From the NCBI GenBank assembly GCA_043803945.1, contig JAZDJN010000098.1, positions 1 to 64,000 on the forward strand: DNA of 64,000 nt. Direction: 5' to 3'. Within the stretch, counting starts at the first letter, position 1. Each line of letters begins with the position of its first letter. Both the position numbers and the translations under genes were made by a program. Shown here piece by piece: positions 1-10,781 of this stretch. The DNA is from a bacterium. GTDB lineage: Bacteria > Bacteroidota > Ignavibacteria > UBA10030. Under the pieces are notes generated by a model. The model did not search any database. It had not been told where the DNA came from and saw only the letters and a list, made by a program, of their open reading frames with translations.

Positions 1-224
1 CTCTTGCTTCAGAGACTCGATCTGAGACCCCCTGAACGGCTCGAATTGAAACTCAAAAATGTAGTGCCGACTTTTTAACATTTATGCCCTATGCTCAACG
101 GAATCGCCATCTTTTCTTCACAACTGTCGAACTTGGGCTAACTCTTATAGAAATAGAGCGGAAGGAAGGCTGCGATGGAAGTACCCCATAACGTACTGAA
201 TTGGTTTGAGATTCCGATGCTTTG

Positions 225-3026
225 TTAATGTGCTTCAAGCCAGTTTGAACCGATTCCTATTTCAACCTCCAGGGGGACTGACAGAGTCAGCGCATTTTTC
301 ATTTTTTGTATAATCAATTCACGAACGACCGATTCTTCACTCTTTTTCATCTCAAACACGAGTTCGTCGTGGACCTGGAGGATCATTGTTGTTTGCAATT
401 CTTGTTTTTGCAGCTCCCGATCAATGCCGATCATCGCAAGTTTAATCATATCTGCTGAAGTTCCTTGTATCGGCATGTTGATTGCCTGCCGCTCTGCGTT
501 CTGACGGATATTCTGATTTTTGCTGACGATTTCGGGTAAGTAACGACGACGCCCCAGCATTGTTTCGACATATCCCTTTGTTCGAACGGAGGCGATGGTG
601 TCATTGATATACTGTTTCACTTTTGGAAATCGATCGAAATATCGGGCAATGATATCCTTGGCTTCAGTCTGAGAAATTTCAAGCCTGTTTGCCAGGCCGA
701 ATGGGCCGATGCCATACATAATTCCAAAGTTTACTTCCTTTGCTTTGCGGCGCATGTCGCGCGAAACTTCCTCCAGCGTTACTCCAAACACTTTTGCCGC
801 AGTGGTAGTATGAATGTCCTCATGATTCCGGAATGCCTCTGCCATTCCGGCATCGCCGGAAATGTGCGCCATTACCCTTAGTTCAATCTGAGAGTAATCC
901 GCCGAGAGGATGAAGAAACTTTTTTTTCCCGGAATAAACGCTTTCCGGATGGAGCGGCCAATTTCTGTCCTGATAGGAATGTTTTGCAAGTTCGGGTCGC
1001 TGCTCGAGAGGCGCCCTGTCGAGGCAATAGTCTGATTGTAGGAAGTATGTACTCTTCCCGTGGCTGGATTGACAAGCGTGGGAATTGCTTCAACATAGGT
1101 GGATTTTAACTTCGAAAGTTGACGGTACTCTAGCAGCTTCTCCACAATGGGATGATCATGCCGGAGTTCTTCCAAAACTCCGACGTCGGTGGAGAATCCG
1201 GTTTTGGTTTTCCTCACCGTTCGCAACTGCAGTCGTTTGAAGAGTACCTCACCTAACTGTTGTGTGGAATTGATATTAAATGAACCACCGCCAAGCTGAT
1301 GGATTTCCCGGGTGAGATTCTCCAGCAGCTTTTCCAATTCTTTCGACATTCCGCGAAGATACTCGACATCGATCTTCACACCATGAATCTCCATTCGTGT
1401 CAGAACCTCCATCAGAGGGAATTCGAGTTCGCTTGCCAGTGTAGCGATCTCGAGTTCTTTCAATTTCAATGTGAAGCGTTCGAATAATCGCAGTGTGATA
1501 TCGGCATCTTCGCACGAGTATTCCGCCAGGGCTTGCAGGGGAACTTCGAGAATCGATTTCTGTGCTTTACCGCTCCCTGTCAATTCTTCATACGAGACCA
1601 TTTTATAATGCAAATGCTCACGGGCGACGGTATCAAGATTATGCCTGGCATCGGAGCGTAAGAGATAACTGGCAACCATCGTATCGAAAAAAAGGGGTAC
1701 GACGGCAATACCGTAGTTTGAGAGAACAAGAGCGTCGTACTTAATATTATGCCCGATTTTTAAAATGTTCGGATTCTCGAAAATTGGCTTTAGCCGCTGG
1801 ATCGCTATGGCCAGTGGAATACCGGCTCGCGTTGCTGGTACCGCGCTGGCGGTGAAGAGATCGCTTTCTGTTTTTGCTTTGGGAGACACAACAGAAACGA
1901 AGTATGCATTTCTAGACTTCAGGGAGAATGAGATTCCAACCAATTCGGCCCGAAGCGCATCGGTGGATGTGGTTTCTGTATCAAAGACAAACTCATTTGC
2001 GGATTGGAGCTGTTGACAAAAGGTTTGAAATTCCTTCACCTCTGTAATGAGAGTGTAGCGATGGTCATCGGTCGTAATCGAAGTCAGTTCTGTCTCTGGA
2101 GAGAAGAAAAAAGTGTCTTCTTCCGCTTGGAGTGGCAGTGATACAGGTTCCGCTTTGCGCAATTCGGCAGCCAGGCCTTTGAACTCCAAATCCGAAAATA
2201 GTGCGAGGAGTCTGGAAATGTTTTTCGGAGCCGACTTTAGATCATGGAAATCTAGATCTAGCGGCACGTTCGTATTGATTGTTACCAATTCTCTTGAGAA
2301 GAATGCCATCTCTTTGTGTATCTCTAATTTTGAGCGGACACCCTTTTGCGCAATCTTTTCAATATTCTCGTAGAGTTTCTGAATGCTGCCGTACTGTTGA
2401 ATCAGAGGAATTGCAGTTTTCTCACCGATACCAGGGACACCAGGAACGTTATCGGAAGAATCGCCAATCAGTCCAAGTACTTCGATAACCTTATCGGGTG
2501 TGACACCAAATTTCTTTTTTACCCCTTCAGTATCGACAACCTCGACCTCATTTCCCTGACGTCCAGGTTTATAGATCTTCACTATGTCCGATACGAGCTG
2601 CATGAAATCCTTATCCGATGAAACGAGGAATGATTCTGCCTTTTCCTTTTCCGCCTGTTTCGCCAGAGTACCAATAATATCGTCTGCTTCATAACCATCA
2701 AGCTCAAGTACCGGGATGTTATATGCTTTGATAACTTCTTTAAGAAGTGGAAGCTGGCTTATCATATCCTCAGGCATTTTTTGCCGGGTAGCTTTGTATT
2801 CCTTGTAGGCTTTATGGCGGAATGTCGGAGCGCTCGTGTCGAATACAACTGCGATATAATCAGGCTGTTCATCGGTGAGAATCCGGTTTAAAAAGGAAAC
2901 GAAGCCATAAATAGCGCTCGTATTCTGTCCCTTCGAGTTGATAAGGGGGCGCTGAATGAAGGCATAGTACGCCCTGTAGGCCAGAGCCATGCCATCAAAA
3001 AGGAACAAGCGCGGGTGTTTACTCAT
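225..3026 (-). CDS. polA: DNA polymerase I
   Basis: 933 aa: N-terminal 5'-3' exonuclease (LFDGMALAYRAYYA, EADDIIG), 3'-5' exo (FDTETT), family A polymerase motifs ADYSQIELR, RRKAKEVNFGIMYG, QVHDELVFE. Confidence 0.99.
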   Translation of the reverse strand: MSKHPRLFLFDGMALAYRAYYAFIQRPLINSKGQNTSAIYGFVSFLNRILTDEQPDYIAVVFDTSAPTFRHKAYKEYKATRQKMPEDMISQLPLLKEVIKAYNIPVLELDGYEADDIIGTLAKQAEKEKAESFLVSSDKDFMQLVSDIVKIYKPGRQGNEVEVVDTEGVKKKFGVTPDKVIEVLGLIGDSSDNVPGVPGIGEKTAIPLIQQYGSIQKLYENIEKIAQKGVRSKLEIHKEMAFFSRELVTINTNVPLDLDFHDLKSAPKNISRLLALFSDLEFKGLAAELRKAEPVSLPLQAEEDTFFFSPETELTSITTDDHRYTLITEVKEFQTFCQQLQSANEFVFDTETTSTDALRAELVGISFSLKSRNAYFVSVVSPKAKTESDLFTASAVPATRAGIPLAIAIQRLKPIFENPNILKIGHNIKYDALVLSNYGIAVVPLFFDTMVASYLLRSDARHNLDTVAREHLHYKMVSYEELTGSGKAQKSILEVPLQALAEYSCEDADITLRLFERFTLKLKELEIATLASELEFPLMEVLTRMEIHGVKIDVEYLRGMSKELEKLLENLTREIHQLGGGSFNINSTQQLGEVLFKRLQLRTVRKTKTGFSTDVGVLEELRHDHPIVEKLLEYRQLSKLKSTYVEAIPTLVNPATGRVHTSYNQTIASTGRLSSSDPNLQNIPIRTEIGRSIRKAFIPGKKSFFILSADYSQIELRVMAHISGDAGMAEAFRNHEDIHTTTAAKVFGVTLEEVSRDMRRKAKEVNFGIMYGIGPFGLANRLEISQTEAKDIIARYFDRFPKVKQYINDTIASVRTKGYVETMLGRRRYLPEIVSKNQNIRQNAERQAINMPIQGTSADMIKLAMIGIDRELQKQELQTTMILQVHDELVFEMKKSEESVVRELIIQKMKNALTLSVPLEVEIGIGSNWLEAH

Positions 3027-3041
3027 GCAATCTCCACGGGA

Positions 3042-4307
3042 TTAGAGCTGTTCTACTGTTGTCTGATCTAACGTTTCTCTGATATCTGTCTCAAGATCGT
3101 CAGCCGTAAGATCAATGAACAGTGTGCGTAAGAAGAATGTTGAAAGAAAAAGGAGAATGCTGCCGATAAAAAAGACTGGACGAATTCCAAGTCCGGCACC
3201 GATTACTCCACCCATCGGTGATGCAATTAGTGTCGCAAGGATACTGATGCTCGCCGCAATACCCATGATACCTCCACGGCGTTCAAGTACTGTGCTTTTA
3301 TTGACATAGGAGTAGAGAGCAGGCAGCATGCCGCCCAGGCAGAAACCAAACAGCGCACGCAGGATGAGGAGATGATAGACATTCGTCACTAAACCTTGTA
3401 GAATGAAAGAAATGGCCGCACCGAGAAATGCATACGTGAGATTGGATGTATAACTCTTCCGATCGTTTCTTTTTCCCCACCATGGCGAGGAAATGACCAT
3501 CGCAGCACCCGTAATGGAAAATATTGCTCCCGTCGTTGTTGCAACAAGCTTGCTCGATTCGAGAAGCGAATTAATAAATAATGGAAAAATTGGCTGGACC
3601 AGAAACACCGCCATTTGCGAGATGAGAATCAAGAGAAGTGAAATTCTAATTGGTCGCGATGAAAATGCATAATGGTAATTGCTCCAAAGGCTATGCTTCG
3701 GTTTATTGTTCACTTCAACTTTGTTAAACTCTTCTACATACTTAATAATAATAATGCCGGTGATCGTGCACAATCCACCGACGATGAAGAAGATCGGCCG
3801 ATAGCCAACGAGATCGGCAAGAGAACCGCCGATCAAAGGACCGATAACATTGCCGCCGGCCGTTGCGGTTTGAAGAAGTCCTATAGCATAACCCGATTTC
3901 TCCTTGGGAGTGTTCGCGGAGACCAATGCCAATGCAGCAGCGAGGAACCCGCTGATTGCCCCCTGAACCACTCGAAAGAAAAAAAGCATTTCAACACTTT
4001 GTGAGAAGCCCACAAGAACCTGCGAGAGGGCAAGTCCGAAAATGGCTCTAACGGTCATCGATTTTCGTCCATACCGGTCGCCAAGATAACCCCAGACCGG
4101 TGTGAAGAAAAAGGCAGAAAGAAAAACTCCAGAGAAAACAATGCCGCTCCAACGGGTCAAGTCTTCGGGGTCAGTCACCCCCAGCGAGCGAATGAAGAAG
4201 GGAAGGAAGGGCACGACCAGGCTCATCCCCATCATTGCGATAAATTGTGATGCCCAGATGATATAAAGGTTCTTACGCCAGGATTCAATGTTCTTAAACA
4301 GTACCAC
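3042..4307 (-). CDS. MFS transporter (DHA1/MdtG-like efflux)
   Basis: 421 aa, about 12 hydrophobic segments, MFS motif A GYLGDRYGRK. Confidence 0.9.
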   Translation of the reverse strand: MVLFKNIESWRKNLYIIWASQFIAMMGMSLVVPFLPFFIRSLGVTDPEDLTRWSGIVFSGVFLSAFFFTPVWGYLGDRYGRKSMTVRAIFGLALSQVLVGFSQSVEMLFFFRVVQGAISGFLAAALALVSANTPKEKSGYAIGLLQTATAGGNVIGPLIGGSLADLVGYRPIFFIVGGLCTITGIIIIKYVEEFNKVEVNNKPKHSLWSNYHYAFSSRPIRISLLLILISQMAVFLVQPIFPLFINSLLESSKLVATTTGAIFSITGAAMVISSPWWGKRNDRKSYTSNLTYAFLGAAISFILQGLVTNVYHLLILRALFGFCLGGMLPALYSYVNKSTVLERRGGIMGIAASISILATLIASPMGGVIGAGLGIRPVFFIGSILLFLSTFFLRTLFIDLTADDLETDIRETLDQTTVEQL

Positions 4308-4497
4308 GAGTATCGATCTCTCTCACGTTCATGGTGAATGCAAAAATATAAGCAAAGGATGGAGTAAAACAAACTTCATCTTACGATGGTCTTGAGGAAA
4401 TGAAGAGCGCGAATACTGTGTATTGGAACTGGAAGAGCTCTTCAATTGAATATTTTTTGAAATTCCAATCTCCATCCGTATATTGTCGATCATCGTT

Positions 4498-5367
4498 ATG
4501 AAGAGAGTCAACATTTATATCGTTCTGGGATTTCAGCAGCTCATTGCGGGAGGGACCCACATCGTTGCCAAGCTCGTGGTGGTCGATGTGGAGCCTACGA
4601 TCGTCTTATTCCTGCGGACACTCATCTCGATTACCGGGATGCTGCTGATCTTCTTTTCGAAGCATCGAGAATTGGGAATAGAGAAAAAAGATTGGCGTTG
4701 GCTGGTACTTCTCGGGTTTTTGGGAATCCCTCTCAATCAGGGTTTATACCTTTACGGAATGAAATACACTACAGCCGCTAACGGAGCACTTCTCTATGCG
4801 GCAACACCCTCCTTCGTTCTACTCCTCTCACATTACTTGGCGAACGAGCGGATTACGCTGCGAAAATCCGCAGGTATTTTTCTTGCTTTCATCGGTATCA
4901 TCATTGTGATATTTGAAAAAGGAATTAATATTTCTTCTGAATATACTTTCGGGAATATATTGATTCTCGTTGCAGTTGTCGCGTGGGCGCTTTTTACCGT
5001 CATGGGGAAGACGATGATTTTGAAATATGGGGCTCTTCGCACTACAACCTCGATGATGCTCGCGGGCACGCTGATGTTTCTTCCTATCGGAGTCTATGAG
5101 TCGATCCAATTTCCCTTCAGTGCAATGTCACATTCTGCCTGGTGGGGAGTCCTCTACCTCGGTGTTGGGACATCGATTCTCGGTTACCTCATTTGGTACT
5201 ATGCCATTGGTAGAATCGAGACCGCGAAGGTGGCAGTTTTTTCCAATGCTCAGCCGATTTTCGCCACACTGCTCTCTCTCATCTTTTTGGACTACTCCAT
5301 TACAGGAAGTTTCATCCTGGGGGCTTGCATAACAATTGCAGGCGTTATTATTACCCAACTGGGTTGA
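4498..5367 (+). CDS. DMT/EamA family transporter
   Basis: About 10 TM segments with two EamA-like halves; ATG at 4498 preferred over TTG 4483. Confidence 0.88.
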   Translation: MKRVNIYIVLGFQQLIAGGTHIVAKLVVVDVEPTIVLFLRTLISITGMLLIFFSKHRELGIEKKDWRWLVLLGFLGIPLNQGLYLYGMKYTTAANGALLYAATPSFVLLLSHYLANERITLRKSAGIFLAFIGIIIVIFEKGINISSEYTFGNILILVAVVAWALFTVMGKTMILKYGALRTTTSMMLAGTLMFLPIGVYESIQFPFSAMSHSAWWGVLYLGVGTSILGYLIWYYAIGRIETAKVAVFSNAQPIFATLLSLIFLDYSITGSFILGACITIAGVIITQLG

Positions 5368-5608
5368 AGAGAAAGAACTCACTCCCCAGGAAGAATAGTT
5401 TGGTTCGTTCATTCACTTCCTTCTTCCTTCCAAACCACTCCACTCGATACTTGGTACGCGGACATTTGGATTGTGATAACGATCAAGAGTAAAGCTTTAT
5501 GAGGCGACCGTCACATTTTGCTACTATTTCCTTACCTATCATAACACAGGATGATAGAAGAAAGCTAGCTCAGTGCGAATTAGTTTTCTGGAAAGGAAGG
5601 GTATAACG

Positions 5609-6034
5609 ATGGAATATCCAGAACTTGGTGTACTCTACCTGGCAGTCTGTGGGGCGTTGGGGTGGTGGAATTGGAGCAGAGGTAATGGTTTCTGGTTTGC
5701 GTTTCTCTATTCACTCATTCTTACTCCATTAACCGGAGCAGTTGCTATTCTCATTGCCGATAAAGTGGTGAGAATAAAAACCGGTAAAGGGATAATGAGA
5801 ACCTGTCCATATTGCTTTGCGCTGACGACAGATTCCACTTCGCTCTGCCATTCCTGTGGGAGAGATATCAAACGCCAAACACGCAAGGATTTTCTGACCG
5901 TTGGGGAATTCGTCGTCGGTATTGTTACCACTATCATTATTGTGACGATGATGATGCAGAATAATTCCTCGCACTCCGAGCAGTTAGCGCCAGGTTCAAA
6001 AGGGGAGAGTGTGGCAAAACCTTCGTCACAATAA
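5609..6034 (+). CDS. Small membrane protein with zinc-ribbon (CPYC...CHSC)
   Basis: AAGGAAGG RBS before ATG 5609; TM segments flanking two CxxC pairs. Confidence 0.65.
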   Translation: MEYPELGVLYLAVCGALGWWNWSRGNGFWFAFLYSLILTPLTGAVAILIADKVVRIKTGKGIMRTCPYCFALTTDSTSLCHSCGRDIKRQTRKDFLTVGEFVVGIVTTIIIVTMMMQNNSSHSEQLAPGSKGESVAKPSSQ

Positions 6035-6156
6035 TTCTCTTATTCAAAGTCCATTCAAATTGACCGGATGCGCGAGAGTTGCATCTGGTACCGAATTTCA
6101 ATATTTTTGTTCTGCATTTGATGGTATAAACAGACCAGATTGTAACCACTCAATTT

Positions 6157-6239
<83 letters not shown>

Positions 6240-6243
6240 CTTG

Positions 6244-6495
6244 ATGTTTCTCTTCACCGTTAATATACTCTATTCCGATTCATTCAATCAGAGTTATGTC
6301 GTTCAGACGAGAGATTTAGAAGCGAGAATTCATCGGCATAATGATGGATCTGTGAAGTCCACGAAACACTATCTCCCTTGGCGGTTGATATATCAGGAAC
6401 AACATGCAACGAGTAGTGAAGCGATAAAGAGAGAACAGTGGTTCAAGAGTGGAGTTGGGCGTGAAATGATAAAACAATTAATAGGGAAGAGCTAA
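6244..6495 (+). CDS. Small GIY-YIG nuclease family protein, degenerate motif (possible pseudogene)
   Basis: VNILYS..SYVVQTRDLEARIHRHN..STK..PW.LIY.E..EAIKREQWFKSGVGRE matches the UPF0213/GIY-YIG pattern, but VYIL/YVG are altered. Confidence 0.75.
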   Translation: MFLFTVNILYSDSFNQSYVVQTRDLEARIHRHNDGSVKSTKHYLPWRLIYQEQHATSSEAIKREQWFKSGVGREMIKQLIGKS

Positions 6496-6677
6496 AACCA
6501 GAAGAACAGCTATTGCATCTGCCTTCGGCGGACGTCCGCAATGATCCGCTACACTGCAGCGGGATTCTCATTTCGATGATGGAACCTGGGGATTCACCGC
6601 GCAACCGAATGTGCTAGGTCATTGAAGGCCGTGCGGATGGTGAATCTTAGGCTAAACTTATCGATAGTACATCCGCA

Positions 6678-8201
6678 TTACGATTTACCTTGGATGATAT
6701 CGCGGACACGCTCTGTGATTGTCCTGAAATCAATTTTACCACTGCCTGATTTTGGCATTTCTGACATCACCACAATCCTGCTTGGTACGGCAATATTAGG
6801 GAGTTGCTCTGCCATCTTTTTCAGGATCGCTTTTTCATCAACCGGTTGAGTGACAGCAGCGACGATTTTAGCCCCGCGCAATGCATCGGGCACTTCAACG
6901 ACACAGCATTCGATATCAGACGGGAGCAATTTCTCAAGCACATCTTCCACCCTGATAAGAGAGACCATCTCACCACCGATTTTCAAAAATCGTTTCAATC
7001 GGCCCACATGCCATAAAAATCCATCCTCATCCAAATATCCCATGTCGCCGGTATCATACCAACCATGACGGATGCTCAGAGAGGTCTGTTCAAAATCGTC
7101 GAAGTATCCTTTCATCACATTATCACCTTTTACAAGAATCTTTCCGATTTCCTTTGTTTTGCATGCCTCTCCGGTTTCGTAATTCTCTACTCGGATTTGA
7201 ACTCCGTCTATTGGTCTGCCGACACTTCCGGGTCGATTATTTTCCAAGGTATTCACAGTAATTGCCGGGCTCGTTTCTGTGGCGCCATAGGCTTCGAGCA
7301 ACACCTTCTTATGCTTTTTAAAATACCCCTCGCGAAGAGCATCGGGACATTTATCAGCGCCTGAAAGGAGTATCCGGACAGTGTCGAAATCACCCGGTTT
7401 CGAATTCCTCAGATAGCCCCAAAAGAATGTGGGTGTACCGGCTAAGAGTGTGACTTTTTCTTCACGGGCAATATCACAAATTGTTTTAAAATCGAGGGGA
7501 TTTGCATACGTGACAATGGTCATCCCTTCACACATCGGTACCCATAAATTCGCCGTTTGGCCAAAGATATGGAAGTAGGGGAGGTTTGCCAGAAAGATAT
7601 CATTGCAGGAGAATGAATATGCCTTCGTCAAACTTTCCCAGTTGGCGATGATATTCCTATGTGTAAGTTGGACTCCTTTAGGATCCTTCTCGCTGCCACT
7701 CGTGAAGAGAATTAACAGGGTGTCGTTTTCATCTCCCTGATGTATCTTTTGCAGCAAACGATCGGTAGGCAATCCGGCCTTCAATGCTGCTTTGATCTTG
7801 TCGAAGAAAGAGACCGATGCCATGACATCTTCGAGATAGACCATCCCTTCGATGTGTGGGCAATTGATCTTCTGGCATAAAGCTCGTGATGTTATGATCG
7901 TTTTAAAGGCACATTTTTTCTGCGCGTATTCACAATTCATTGCCGCACCGGTGGAGTAATTAATCATCACCGGCACCCGGCTGCTCATCAGCGTTGCCAG
8001 AATTGATAAAACCGAGCCAGCGGAATTTGGTAGCATGATTCCAAGAAAACCCGGATCGTACTGGCCGAATTTTTTCATTAAAACCAGGCTGCCGATCAGA
8101 GCCCGTTTGTACGTCACACGACGGTCCAGGGTTCTGTCGATGATCGCCAACTTTTTCTCATGTTGTTTCGCCATCCGCACAAATTGTTGATGAAGTAGCA
8201 T
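6678..8201 (-). CDS. AMP-binding acyl-[ACP] synthetase (Aas C-terminal domain-like)
   Basis: LFTSGSEKDPKGVQLTHRN P-loop, YGATETSP, WYDTGD, GRLKRFLKIGGEMVS, PKSGSGKID. Confidence 0.88.
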   Translation of the reverse strand: MLLHQQFVRMAKQHEKKLAIIDRTLDRRVTYKRALIGSLVLMKKFGQYDPGFLGIMLPNSAGSVLSILATLMSSRVPVMINYSTGAAMNCEYAQKKCAFKTIITSRALCQKINCPHIEGMVYLEDVMASVSFFDKIKAALKAGLPTDRLLQKIHQGDENDTLLILFTSGSEKDPKGVQLTHRNIIANWESLTKAYSFSCNDIFLANLPYFHIFGQTANLWVPMCEGMTIVTYANPLDFKTICDIAREEKVTLLAGTPTFFWGYLRNSKPGDFDTVRILLSGADKCPDALREGYFKKHKKVLLEAYGATETSPAITVNTLENNRPGSVGRPIDGVQIRVENYETGEACKTKEIGKILVKGDNVMKGYFDDFEQTSLSIRHGWYDTGDMGYLDEDGFLWHVGRLKRFLKIGGEMVSLIRVEDVLEKLLPSDIECCVVEVPDALRGAKIVAAVTQPVDEKAILKKMAEQLPNIAVPSRIVVMSEMPKSGSGKIDFRTITERVRDIIQGKS

Positions 8202-8461
8202 TAGAGACTCCGCTTAGTGAAGAAATATTAATTCCTGTTAATAATAATGAACAAGGTAAGGGACTTTACACTTATGAACAAGAAAATTCGTAAGAGGAAT
8301 AATAAGAAAAAATGGACAGTTTATCGAAGCATTGCAAATGTATCAGAAGGATCTTCGTGTCGAAACCCGTGCGGCATCGATCTCATCCATGTTTTTGGAA
8401 CCACTCCAATAGAAACAAGGCTCGCAATAGTCTATTCTACCTTTATCTCCCGCTTCGGTTA

Positions 8462-8509
8462 AAAGTCCGACTTATACCATTGAAGGATCGAGTTAAAAAG
8501 TCGGACTTT
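8462..8509. repeat. REP-like palindrome AAGTCCGACTT...AAGTCGGACTT (copy 1)
   Basis: 12-bp inverted repeat; sibling at 10714-10764. Confidence 0.8.
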
Positions 8510-8518
8510 ATCCGTATG

Positions 8519-10579
8519 TTATTTTGCATTTCTTAATGGCACTTGTACGACGAGCAATCCAATCACTGCAATACATACAAGACTCAGTAGATATGAAGGC
8601 TCTTTGAAGACACTGAAGATTTCTATCTCAGCAAATGCGAGGCCGGCAAAGAGCAGGCCAATGAGTGCCTCACCTGCAATGAGTCCCGATGAAAGGAGAA
8701 TGCCGATGTTGTCGGCTTTTTCTTTTACCTTTGCATCAATCTTCCGCTTTTCGGCGAGCTTATCAAATAATCCTTTCATCAAGCCGCCGACAAAGATCGC
8801 AAAGGAAGTATCAATCGGGAGATACATTCCTACACTGATAAGCATCGGGCTCTTTACTTGCATCAGGATGAGGGCAATGCCCATGCACATTCCGACAAGA
8901 ATCAGGATAAACTCCGTTTTGGCTTCAACGATTCCGCGAGCGACAACTGCCATTAGACTTGCTTGCGGAGCTGGAAGTTTTTCTCCGCCAAATCCTGCTT
9001 GAGTCCCAAGAATGTCATTCTGCTGCTCGGGAGGGAGCTGCCGGATTTCATTGAGTGTGAATTGTTTGCCTTTGAATTCAGCATTGGTCCCCGCATACGG
9101 GACTGCGGTTGTTTGGGTTTGTTCGAGCCGGTCGAGTTCACCATTGACAACACGTTTTATATCTCCGAGATGAAGCAGAGAAAGGACAAAGAACATTACC
9201 AGCGCAGCGGCTGTGACTCCGAAGACATCGCCAAGCTGCATTTTCCAGGGTGTGCAGCCCAGGATGTGTCCTGCTTTAAGATCCTGCATCATCTCGCCGG
9301 CAACCGATACGCTGGTACATGTGAACGCTGCCACTCCTAGAACTGCGGCAATGGCTGCTTCACCCTGCATTCCCATCGCCACCATTAAGAACGCAACGAC
9401 AATGAGTACGGACACTGTGAGCCCGCTCGTGGGATTATTGCTGACGCCGATGATACCGACGAGATAGCCGGAGACTGCAGCAAAGACAAATCCGAGAAAG
9501 AGCATCACGATTGATGCTACACCGGCAGGAGCTGCGCTGTGGGTGAAGTAGGAGAAGATAAAAAACATGACTACCACGATGGACGCGATAACTGTCAGCG
9601 ACCAGCGGATATTAATATCTTTTTCCGTTCGTGGAATAGAGCCCTCCGTCGCAGCCGACTTCCGAATGTAGGAGAATGATCGTGTGATCCCGTTGATCAG
9701 GCTGGCCCGCATCTTGTAGAGTGTGTAGAACGCTCCAACCAGCATTCCCCCAATCGCGATGTATCGTACAGTATTTTTCCAGATGTAAGTGAGTTCTGTC
9801 GTCCAGTTGGTGACTGCCGCAGGATTATCGCGATGGAGAAAGTAGGCGATGAGGGGGGTTAATAGCCCCCACGCAAGCACACCGCCGCTGAAATTGATAG
9901 CACCCAGCTTTGGTCCGATTATATAACCGACACCAAAATAGGCGGGATTCATGCCCGGAGCTTTAAAGAGAAACCATCCTTTTGTGAGAGTGATAAGCTT
10001 CGACCATCCAGCAGCGAGAAATTTGAACTCGACGAGCGCATTAAACAGGGCTCCGACTCCCATACCGGCAAATAAGAATCGCGAATTTTGTACACCCGAC
10101 TGTCCGGATTTATGGATCTCCGATGCTGCAATGGATTCCGGAAATGGCAGTTCAACATCTTCAACCAATACCCGTCTGAGGATGGTAACAAACATAATTC
10201 CGAGGATGCCGGCAAAAATCAATATCAAAGTTGAGATGAGATAATGTTCGAAGGAGAAGAAAGGATTCCAGACTGATGCGATGAAAAATGCCGGTAATGT
10301 GAAAATCGCTCCGGTCGCCACATTGCCTCCGATCGATCCAACAGTTCTGGCTGCATTTTCTTCCAGTAGAGATCCCTTAAGTGCTTTCAGAACTGCCATG
10401 CCGATAACGGCTGCGGTGTAGGTAGCGGCAATTGTCATTCCGGCTTTTAATCCGAGGTAGGCATTTGCCGAGCCCATCAGCATCGCCATAAAAATTCCAA
10501 GAACGACAGCACGAAGTGTAAATTCCGGCTGAGTCGAATCTGCTGGAACGAAGGGAATGAACTTTTTTTCTTCTGCCAT
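8519..10579 (-). CDS. OPT family oligopeptide transporter
   Basis: EFTLRAVVLG, NAYLGLKAGMTI, LPFPESIAA, MQDLKAGH, LPAPQA, SSGLIAGEA; likely start MAEEKKF at 10579. Confidence 0.93.
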   Translation of the reverse strand: MAEEKKFIPFVPADSTQPEFTLRAVVLGIFMAMLMGSANAYLGLKAGMTIAATYTAAVIGMAVLKALKGSLLEENAARTVGSIGGNVATGAIFTLPAFFIASVWNPFFSFEHYLISTLILIFAGILGIMFVTILRRVLVEDVELPFPESIAASEIHKSGQSGVQNSRFLFAGMGVGALFNALVEFKFLAAGWSKLITLTKGWFLFKAPGMNPAYFGVGYIIGPKLGAINFSGGVLAWGLLTPLIAYFLHRDNPAAVTNWTTELTYIWKNTVRYIAIGGMLVGAFYTLYKMRASLINGITRSFSYIRKSAATEGSIPRTEKDINIRWSLTVIASIVVVMFFIFSYFTHSAAPAGVASIVMLFLGFVFAAVSGYLVGIIGVSNNPTSGLTVSVLIVVAFLMVAMGMQGEAAIAAVLGVAAFTCTSVSVAGEMMQDLKAGHILGCTPWKMQLGDVFGVTAAALVMFFVLSLLHLGDIKRVVNGELDRLEQTQTTAVPYAGTNAEFKGKQFTLNEIRQLPPEQQNDILGTQAGFGGEKLPAPQASLMAVVARGIVEAKTEFILILVGMCMGIALILMQVKSPMLISVGMYLPIDTSFAIFVGGLMKGLFDKLAEKRKIDAKVKEKADNIGILLSSGLIAGEALIGLLFAGLAFAEIEIFSVFKEPSYLLSLVCIAVIGLLVVQVPLRNAK

Positions 10580-10713
10580 GATTGTCTCTTTACAAAAATG
10601 AATGGTATGAAAGTACTGTGGAATGTTTTTGAACACATTGCTACAAGTAAGTGGGGTGAATCTACCAAGAGAAAAAGAAGAATGCAAGAAAAACGGTTGT
10701 GGAAATCGAATAG

Positions 10714-10764
10714 AAAAAGTCCGACTTCTAACCGTGATAATTCTCTGTAAGAAGTCGGACTTTT
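10714..10764. repeat. REP-like palindrome AAGTCCGACTT...AAGTCGGACTT (copy 2); may also terminate glnS
   Basis: 15-bp inverted repeat aaaagtccgacttct / agaagtcggactttt. Confidence 0.8.
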
Positions 10765-10781
10765 ATAGGGCGTAAAAAAAT

